NCBI GenBank assembly: GCA_021399395.1
Contig: JAAFKJ010000150.1
Span: 1 to 13,255 of the forward strand
Direction of reading: 5' to 3'
DNA length: 13,255 nucleotides
Source of the DNA: Candidatus Heimdallarchaeota archaeon
GTDB taxonomy: Archaea > Asgardarchaeota > Heimdallarchaeia > Heimdallarchaeales > Heimdallarchaeaceae
In this document: piece after piece, positions 7,060 through 13,255 of the stretch
How the letters are laid out: each line of letters opens with the position of its first letter
How positions within the stretch are numbered: the first letter of the stretch is position 1
Position numbers and translations under genes: made by a program
Notes under the pieces: model-generated
What the model was told of the DNA's origin: nothing
What the model saw: only the letters and a program-made list of their open reading frames with translations
The model's database searches: none

Positions 7060-7670
7060 CTTACCTTCCTCGCCATCTTGGCGATTGTATCGTAGAGTGT
7101 TTCTATACCATCACCTTGTGTAGCTGATACAGGAACCACTGTATATTCTTGAAAAGCATCTTTAACTACTCTAATATCTGCATCTATCAAATCAATCTTG
7201 TTAGGTACAAGTATGAATGGTTTCTTTTGATGTTCCAAATTTCCAATAATGGTAAAATTGACTTGATCAAAAGGCGATTTAGCTGCATCAATCACTACTA
7301 AAGCAACATCTACATTTTCTAAGAATTTAATTGCTTCCACAATTCCTCTTGTTGCTTCTTTGGCTCTTTGCATTGCTTCTCCTGCAGATAATCCGTGTTT
7401 CATAAATTCTTTTGGATTAACTGAAGAAGCAATTCCTGGCATATCTATCAATGTAAGGTCAAGTTTTGTACCATTTGAAGAAAAGTTCACTTTCTCAAGC
7501 TTTTGAATTGTTCTTGTTTCATGTGGAATCTCACTTACAATTCCCACTTCTTGGTCAGCCCAATCCTTACCCATTTTATTAGCAAGTGTTGTCTTTCCAG
7601 CGTTAACTTCACCATAAAACCCTAAATTTATTGATTTTGGCTTTGTTTTCAGCCATAATCTCCATGACAC
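7056..7670 (-). CDS. oapA: Era-like single-domain small GTPase OapA/ArvA
   Basis: G1 GEVNAGKTTLAN, G2 region SEIPHETR, G3 DMPG, family segment EAMQRAKEATRGIVEAIKFL, G4 NKID, G5 VSA. GGTGA SD at 7680-7676 before GTG. Coupled to DUF2073. Confidence 0.87.
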   Translation of the reverse strand: MSWRLWLKTKPKSINLGFYGEVNAGKTTLANKMGKDWADQEVGIVSEIPHETRTIQKLEKVNFSSNGTKLDLTLIDMPGIASSVNPKEFMKHGLSAGEAMQRAKEATRGIVEAIKFLENVDVALVVIDAAKSPFDQVNFTIIGNLEHQKKPFILVPNKIDLIDADIRVVKDAFQEYTVVPVSATQGDGIETLYDTIAKMARKVR

Positions 7671-7857
7671 TCATTTCACCTTGTGAATCATATTCCGTAG
7701 TTAACTTAAACAGAAATATTATTGACATCACACGCTGGTATTACGAATGACAGATTAACAATTATTGAAAGAGAGAAATTGGAGGAATGTCCTAGTTAAA
7801 AGTTTATTTAAAACATATTTATTTCATGAATAGAGAAACTGTGGAATGAGCTAGAAT

Positions 7858-8940
7858 ATGTTTATCATGGGAACTAATTTGAAACTGTGGTTGAAACTTC
7901 TCATGAAAAATAGATTCAATATTAGTTTACGTTACTTACCTAGGATTTTTCTGATTTCAGTTGTCATAACTTTATTCACTCCACTTACACTATATGAACT
8001 TCTCAAGTTTAGAAAACAAGCAAAAAACATTGAAATTAAAAAAGATCCAATTTTTATTATAGGTCATTGGAGAACAGGTACAACGCATTTACAGAATTTA
8101 CTTCTAAATGACAACCAATTTGGATATCTGAATCTTGTAGAAGCTACTTTCCCACATTTAATGTTAGGAAACTACAAATTAATTCGCTTCTTAATGAAGC
8201 CACTTATTCCAAAGACCAGACCTATGGATGCAATGAAAATGGGACCTGATACACCACAGGAACATGAATTTGCTTTAACTAACTTATGCTTACATTCCCC
8301 TTTAACTTCTTTGTTTTTCTTGAATAAAGAAGAGGAATATCTGAAATATGCATCATTTCAGCATGCTCCTGAAACAGAACTTTCTGAATGGAAACAAGCA
8401 TTTAGCAATCTACTAAGAAAATTAACATTCAAAGAGAAAGGAAAGCAATTATTATTGAAAAATCCATTAGATATTTTTCGAATTAGTCTGCTTCTAGATA
8501 TCTTTCCTAATTCTAAATTCATCCACATCTATAGAAATCCATACAATGTGTTCTATTCGATGATCAAGCTTTATCAAACTAATACCAAATTATTTTGGTT
8601 CCAAAAACCTGATTTTAACTTGGAAAACTTCATTTTTCGAATTTATTCTGCTATGTACCAAGAATTATACAAAGAATTGCACAAAATTCCACCTACTAAT
8701 ATCATTGAAATAAAATATGAGGATCTAATTGATTGTCCATCTCAACAGTTGAATAGAATTTATGACCATTTATCTTTTGGAGATTATGATTTAGTAAAAG
8801 AGAATATGGAGCAATACATTTTGTCACTTAAAGAATATGAAGTTGATTATTATGATATCTCCCATGAAAATAAGCAACTAATCTATTCTAAGTGGCAGGA
8901 ATTTATTGATAAGTGGAATTATGAAATAGCAATTGAATGA
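7858..8940 (+). CDS. PAPS-dependent sulfotransferase family protein (Sulfotransfer_3-like)
   Basis: 5'-PSB loop PIFIIGHWRTGTTHL, RPMD, PQEHE, LLKNP, 3'-PB FIHIYRNP...S, YEDL..P. Confidence 0.88.
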   Translation: MFIMGTNLKLWLKLLMKNRFNISLRYLPRIFLISVVITLFTPLTLYELLKFRKQAKNIEIKKDPIFIIGHWRTGTTHLQNLLLNDNQFGYLNLVEATFPHLMLGNYKLIRFLMKPLIPKTRPMDAMKMGPDTPQEHEFALTNLCLHSPLTSLFFLNKEEEYLKYASFQHAPETELSEWKQAFSNLLRKLTFKEKGKQLLLKNPLDIFRISLLLDIFPNSKFIHIYRNPYNVFYSMIKLYQTNTKLFWFQKPDFNLENFIFRIYSAMYQELYKELHKIPPTNIIEIKYEDLIDCPSQQLNRIYDHLSFGDYDLVKENMEQYILSLKEYEVDYYDISHENKQLIYSKWQEFIDKWNYEIAIE

Positions 8941-8999
8941 ACTATTTTTCTCAAAAAACATTAGTAATCATTAAAAGGAAATAAGACTAATATTTACAA

Positions 9000-9545
9000 G
9001 TGAAAAGAAAAACTCTCTTACTTAGAATCCTGTTTGACTTAGGCGGATCATTGATAGGCGCAGGTTTAGCTTACTTTGCCTTTTTCATCGTGGGAGCTAT
9101 TAACTCTATAAGTCAATGGGAACAAATTATTGGGTTTGTTGTTCTATTGGTTGCTAGTGGATTTGTAGTAGGATTTTTCGCATTCAAAAAAGACGGTATC
9201 TTTCTAGCAGGATTTATTGGTCTAGTTTTTCTTGTTATTCTTACAATCTATGGTGTTTTAGGAATTGGTTTGTATGAGGTTCTACCTAACTATGCATTAA
9301 CTCTCATTCTTAGTATAGTTGAGGGGATAATCTTCTTCTGTGTTCCAGTTCTAGCTGCTTTTCTAGGTGGGATTTTAACACCAACTCTATGGCAGTATTC
9401 GAAAAAGGAAATACATGAGATTAAAGATGCTGTTATTGTTAAAAAAGATGAAGAAAAACTTATAGAAAAAATATACTGTAAAACTTGTGGTTCAGAAGTT
9501 CCCAGACATTCCAGAGCATGCATAATATGTGGAAAAAAAGTTTGA
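9000..9545 (+). CDS. Hypothetical membrane protein, about 4 TM helices with a C-terminal zinc ribbon
   Basis: Four Gly-rich hydrophobic segments, a charged linker, then CKTCG-x8-CIICG at the C-terminus. GTG start. Confidence 0.75.
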   Translation: MKRKTLLLRILFDLGGSLIGAGLAYFAFFIVGAINSISQWEQIIGFVVLLVASGFVVGFFAFKKDGIFLAGFIGLVFLVILTIYGVLGIGLYEVLPNYALTLILSIVEGIIFFCVPVLAAFLGGILTPTLWQYSKKEIHEIKDAVIVKKDEEKLIEKIYCKTCGSEVPRHSRACIICGKKV

Positions 9546-9564
9546 AATGAAACATATAATCTAT

Positions 9565-10710
9565 TCAAAGGCATTTCATTTCTTTTGGAGTGTTAGAAAG
9601 TCTAACAGATCCTTCTTTTGTAACAACACAATCGTCTTCAAGACGAATACCAAATTCATCTGGAAAATACAGACCAGGTTCTACTGTTATAACCGAATTT
9701 TCTAAAAGAGCTCTGCTAGGGTTATCAGGAGTACCTTTTCGTATACCAATACCTATATCGTGGGTTTCTATTCCAATAGGATGACCGGTTGAATGAATAT
9801 AAAATTTCTCAGGATCATATCCATATTCGACAAATTTGTCTCTGACTGCTTGCTCAACCTCTTCTGCTTGAACTCCTGCTCTGATTTTTGAATATGCCGC
9901 TTCTTTTGCCTGATCAACAGCTTCGTAAACATGCAGAACATTTTCAGGAGGATTATTACCTATCCAATATGTGTGTGTGATGTCTGAATTGGATCCTTCG
10001 TAAGCAACTCCATAGTCAATTAGTAGAACTTGTTGTGATTCAATTTTCTTTTGACCTGCTTTGTGGTGGGGTATGGCAGCATGAGCTCCCGAAGCTACAA
10101 TTGCTTCAAAAGCTATACCTCCTCGTCTGTTTGCTTCATACTCAATCAAAGCTGCTATTTCTTTTTCTGTGACACCAGGTTTGATTTGAGGTTCAACAAT
10201 CTCTTCCATCAACTCTTCAGCTAATTGAGCTGAAATTCTATGATTTTCTATCTCTTTTTTTGTTTTAACTGCTCTGATATCGAAAATAAGGTCTTTAGCG
10301 GAGATATAGTTTAATTGAGGATTAATTTTAGTTAATGCTTTATGAGTTCCACTTGTTAGAATATCATAACTGAAATTAGAGAAGACTTCATCTTCTTCTA
10401 CGATATTTATTGCCATTTTAGAAGCTGGTGAAAAACTGTTTAGTAATGTTTTAATTGAATCTTTTAGCTCATCTCCTTTTTTATATGGAACTACTTCATA
10501 GTTTGAATCATCAACCATCATAGCTTCCATACCCGATGTAATTACAGTTGGTTTTCCTGTTTGAGGTATAAGAGTCAGCGTTGGGCTAGAAAACCACCTT
10601 TCTAGTAAATAACGTTGGTGAATATCATAGGAATGGTGACAGAAAACAATCCATCCATCTACCCCATGATTTTTCAGAACACTTTGAATTCTTTTAATTT
10701 TCTCTTTCAA
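9565..10710 (-). CDS. M24B Xaa-Pro peptidase/prolidase family metallopeptidase
   Basis: RAVKT..EI, IVASG...AIPHH, LIDYG, SDIT, HSTGHPIG, THD, TVEPGLY, GIRLEDD. TTG start overlaps the end of cofC by 17 nt. Confidence 0.92.
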   Translation of the reverse strand: MKEKIKRIQSVLKNHGVDGWIVFCHHSYDIHQRYLLERWFSSPTLTLIPQTGKPTVITSGMEAMMVDDSNYEVVPYKKGDELKDSIKTLLNSFSPASKMAINIVEEDEVFSNFSYDILTSGTHKALTKINPQLNYISAKDLIFDIRAVKTKKEIENHRISAQLAEELMEEIVEPQIKPGVTEKEIAALIEYEANRRGGIAFEAIVASGAHAAIPHHKAGQKKIESQQVLLIDYGVAYEGSNSDITHTYWIGNNPPENVLHVYEAVDQAKEAAYSKIRAGVQAEEVEQAVRDKFVEYGYDPEKFYIHSTGHPIGIETHDIGIGIRKGTPDNPSRALLENSVITVEPGLYFPDEFGIRLEDDCVVTKEGSVRLSNTPKEMKCL

Positions 10711-11326
10711 ATTCTACACATTCCTTAAATATTGAATGAAGGTCATTCGGTAATAATTCATTGTTAGCTATTTTGATTAAATCTTTAAATGTGTCTATGT
10801 CTCTGTAAGCTTCATTATATGTCAGTAAGGCTATTCCAATTGAATTATTCTCAAAAAATTCTTTAAATCTAAGCGATGAGTTCTTACCAAATAATCCTGG
10901 GAAGCTGTGTGTCTTACTAAAACAAACTAAACTGGTACCTTTATCCTCTGTAGGAGCTAATACAACATCTGATGTTTTAATATGATTCTCAAGAATATTT
11001 TCTATATGGGTTGAGGTGATTAGTGGTAAATCAGCCATTGTAATAACAATTGTTTCTTCATCAATCTCTCTAAGAGCTGTCAAAATGGAACCGTTTAAAT
11101 CTCCCACTCTGTCTATCAGTATCTCAAAATTCCCATAAAATTCCAATTCTGATTTCTGAGTTAAGACATATACTTTATCAATTCCTTTTACCTTCAAAGC
11201 TTCATATATTACATTTTGTGTTATATTACTTAGAAGTTGTTCTAGAATTGTTAAATTCAAATCGGAACGGAGTCTACTTTTATCTGAAACTGTTCCTCTA
11301 TATGGGATGATTATTGCTTTTGCCAT
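10694..11326 (-). CDS. cofC: 2-phospho-L-lactate/PEP guanylyltransferase (F420 biosynthesis)
   Basis: IIP....KSRL, GDLN, MADLP, VVLAPTEDKGT, FGKNS, DIDTFKDL. Same operon as cofD. Confidence 0.85.
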   Translation of the reverse strand: MAKAIIIPYRGTVSDKSRLRSDLNLTILEQLLSNITQNVIYEALKVKGIDKVYVLTQKSELEFYGNFEILIDRVGDLNGSILTALREIDEETIVITMADLPLITSTHIENILENHIKTSDVVLAPTEDKGTSLVCFSKTHSFPGLFGKNSSLRFKEFFENNSIGIALLTYNEAYRDIDTFKDLIKIANNELLPNDLHSIFKECVEFEREN

Positions 11327-11328
11327 TT

Positions 11329-12102
11329 CTATCCCTTAAAATATTTTGATATTATATTCTCCATAAACGAAGGGTTATTTATGAGTGGTCTAGCTATGGA
11401 AATAGCTTTTGCTCCCTTTGATAAAGTCTGTTGTATGCCCTCTATTGTTCTTATAGAATTATTGGCAATTATGGGAATATCTGTTGCTTGTACAAACTCC
11501 TTAATTAACTCTAGATTAGCTTCGTCTTTTTCCGGAATCATTGCATCAATATGGATATATTCACATCTGGATCTCTCTAAGGTTTTAATTAATACATTTA
11601 CATTTTCAACAACATGTCCTCGGATTTTGATGCCAAATATAATTGAGGGAAAATTGAAGCTAATCTCTTGTAAAAGTTCTTCCAAGCGAGCTAAATCTAA
11701 TAATAAAGTTTGACCACCATCAATAGCTATAATCTCTTTCTGTCTGCAATGGGCATTTATCTCTATGTAATCTACATATTGCTCAAGATTCTTTAGCCAA
11801 GACCTACTCATATTATCAATTTCTACAATTCTTACATTTGCAGCGATTTTTTGTTCCATTCTTATTTTCTTCAATAGGATATTATCTTTGCACCATTTTT
11901 TAATTTCTGGATTCTTCTCTGGAAGTAAAAATTCTTCTCTCCCCTTATCAACTAACAACCGTGTAGCAAATTTATTTTTTTTATCAATTGATAATCCACC
12001 TAAGGTTACCATACCTGCATTGAAATCTAACATCTTTTGGCAGAATTGCGAATTTGCAATTCCTGCCATTGCAGACTGAATTATTGGAGGATAAAACATC
12101 AT
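11329..12102 (-). CDS. MJ0144-like dihydrouridine-synthase-like FMN TIM-barrel oxidoreductase, function unknown
   Basis: SAMAGI, TLGGLSID, GREEF, EINAHCRQ, KIR, HIDAM, IIANNSIR, ISIAR. At 257 aa it has no room for a tRNA-binding helical domain. Confidence 0.85.
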   Translation of the reverse strand: MMFYPPIIQSAMAGIANSQFCQKMLDFNAGMVTLGGLSIDKKNKFATRLLVDKGREEFLLPEKNPEIKKWCKDNILLKKIRMEQKIAANVRIVEIDNMSRSWLKNLEQYVDYIEINAHCRQKEIIAIDGGQTLLLDLARLEELLQEISFNFPSIIFGIKIRGHVVENVNVLIKTLERSRCEYIHIDAMIPEKDEANLELIKEFVQATDIPIIANNSIRTIEGIQQTLSKGAKAISIARPLINNPSFMENIISKYFKG

Positions 12103-13034
12103 AGTGATTTTCCTTTATTAAGTATCATTGTTGCAAGATCTTTAGCAACAGTAGTGTCTTTGAACAATATATTAGCAGTTAAAACAGTTAATCCCGTTTC
12201 TCTTTCAATAGGATTTATCAACTCTTTATCCGATATATCAATGATGAAAGTATCACATACATCCTGATACATTTTCGCTATTTCAACAGGTGAAACTACA
12301 TAACCTTCAGTTTTCATAAGGCGAGCAGTTGGACCACTGATAGGTGAATTTCCTATAATAGGACTAATTGCAATTACTCTTTGTCTGTTTTTGACCAATT
12401 TGCTTTTTATTTGCTTTAAATTGATAATAGGTCCTATACTAGTTATAGGGTTACTGGGGCCAATTATTACATACTGATCATCATCAATACTCTGTAAAGC
12501 CATTTTTGGTGTCTTGGCATCCCTAATATTTTTGATATATACTTTATCTATTTCAATTTCTCCTCTCCCCTTTACCCAAAATTCTTGAAAGTGAATATCA
12601 TCTCCCACACTTGTAATAATTCTAGTTTCGATATGAGTGTCTGAGCTTGGGAATATTCTTGATTTAATTTTTAAATTACTTCTAATTTTCTCAGTAATTT
12701 CTGATAATTTTTTCCCTTTTTTGATTTGATCAGTTCTAAAAATATGCGTGGAAAAGTCCTTATCTCCGATTTTAAACCAAGTTTCATATCCTAAGTTACC
12801 TAAAAATTCTAATGTATGGAAAGTGTCACCTTTGATTCCCCAGAATTTTTCAGTATCCAAGATATTACATAACAAATAGATGATTGTGTCAATGTCAGGC
12901 GAGACGTATAAACCATAAATCCTAATGTCATCAGCAGAATTAGCGATTATAGATATTTGATTATCAGGTATAATGTCCCTAAATCCTTGAATTAGTTTTG
13001 GAGTTCCAGTTCCTCCTGAAAGAAAGGTAATCAT
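12099..13034 (-). CDS. cofD: 2-phospho-L-lactate transferase (LPPG/EPPG:Fo transferase)
   Basis: LSGGTGTPKL, NSADD, VSPDIDT, WGIKGDTF, WFKIGDKD, HFQEFWV, IGPSNPITSIGPI, ISPIIG..PISGP. Confidence 0.95.
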   Translation of the reverse strand: MITFLSGGTGTPKLIQGFRDIIPDNQISIIANSADDIRIYGLYVSPDIDTIIYLLCNILDTEKFWGIKGDTFHTLEFLGNLGYETWFKIGDKDFSTHIFRTDQIKKGKKLSEITEKIRSNLKIKSRIFPSSDTHIETRIITSVGDDIHFQEFWVKGRGEIEIDKVYIKNIRDAKTPKMALQSIDDDQYVIIGPSNPITSIGPIINLKQIKSKLVKNRQRVIAISPIIGNSPISGPTARLMKTEGYVVSPVEIAKMYQDVCDTFIIDISDKELINPIERETGLTVLTANILFKDTTVAKDLATMILNKGKSL

Positions 13035-13082
13035 AATAAAACCTTCAATTTATTTCTGAAAAGGTTAGGGATTATAAAAGAA

Positions 13083-13255
13083 TTAAGCTTTCTTTGTTTT
13101 CTTAGTTGTTGCTTTCTTGGCTGTCTCTTTTGGCTTAGTTGTTGCTTTCTTGGCTGTCTCTTTTGGCTTAGCTTCTGCTTTCTTGGCTGCTTCCTTTGGC
13201 TTAGTTGTTGCTTTCTTGGCTGCTTCCTTTGGCTTAGTTGTTGCTTTCTTGGCTG
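13083..13255 (-). CDS. 3' end of a gene running off the window: Lys/Ala/Thr/Pro-rich, histone-H1-like repeat tail (not in the ORF track)
   Basis: Manual translation of 13253-13083: AKKATTKPKEA AKKATTKPKEA AKKAEAKPKET AKKATTKPKET AKKATTKKTKKA* (TAA at 13085-13083), followed by TTCTTTT. Confidence 0.75.
   Translation of the reverse strand, partial: AKKATTKPKEAAKKATTKPKEAAKKAEAKPKETAKKATTKPKETAKKATTKKTKKA
13101..13255. repeat. 33-bp coding tandem repeat, at least 4.7 copies
   Basis: Unit CTTAGTTGTTGCTTTCTTGGCTG(TCTCT/CTTCC)TTTGG starts at 13101, 13134, 13167 (variant), 13200 and 13233 (cut by the window edge). No spacers between copies. Confidence 0.95.

Noticed and set aside
7826-7849. Mini-ORF MNRETVE upstream of the sulfotransferase (uORF or frameshifted N-terminus)
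   Set aside because: Seven codons is expected by chance, and there is no slippery site or homology evidence.
7671-7857. Replication origin next to oapA, as in haloarchaea
   Set aside because: Only a weak partial ORB-like string (ACTGTGGAA) is present, with no G-string, no repeated ORBs and no cdc6/orc1 in the window.
4919-9567. Selenocysteine readthrough at TGA stops (plsY, AbrB-like, sulfotransferase, M24 peptidase)
   Set aside because: Each TGA falls at the natural family C-terminus rather than at a conserved Cys position, and I saw no SECIS-like hairpin.
9290-12267. Short ORFs 9290-9574, 9590-9784, 11381-11713, 11888-12079 and 12037-12267
   Set aside because: Shadow or alternative-frame ORFs over conserved genes, with no recognizable domains.
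13101-13255. 33-bp repeats as a CRISPR array
   Set aside because: Units are head-to-tail without unique spacers, the length is a multiple of 3 with an open reading frame, and no cas genes are present.

Overview
AT-rich, densely coding archaeal chromosome segment with 16 complete CDSs plus the 3' end of a 17th. I found no RNA genes, CRISPR array or mobile element. Archaeal origin is supported by AK6/Fap7, OapA/OapB, an MJ0144-like protein and TATA/BRE promoters. An Asgard (Heimdall/Loki-like) host is my inference from gene repertoire and composition, not something the window proves. Gene order: class II FBP aldolase + divergent class I FBPase (+); phosphohexomutase + YkgJ-type Cys-cluster protein (-); PlsY-like membrane protein (+); HgcC-like AbrB protein + ArsM (-); AK6 (+); oapA/arvA-oapB/arvB (-); sulfotransferase and a membrane Zn-ribbon protein (+); a tightly coupled cofD - DUS-like flavoprotein - cofC - M24 peptidase operon (-); and a Lys/Ala-rich 11-aa tandem-repeat protein tail. 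The best lead is the DUS-like TIM-barrel gene inside the F420 operon, a candidate archaeal dehydro-F420-0 reductase. Other leads are a PlsY homolog lacking the motif-3 His, an AbrB/HgcC-like-arsM unit with a palindromic operator, an arvAB pair without arvC, and an FBPase with SBPase-like motifs.
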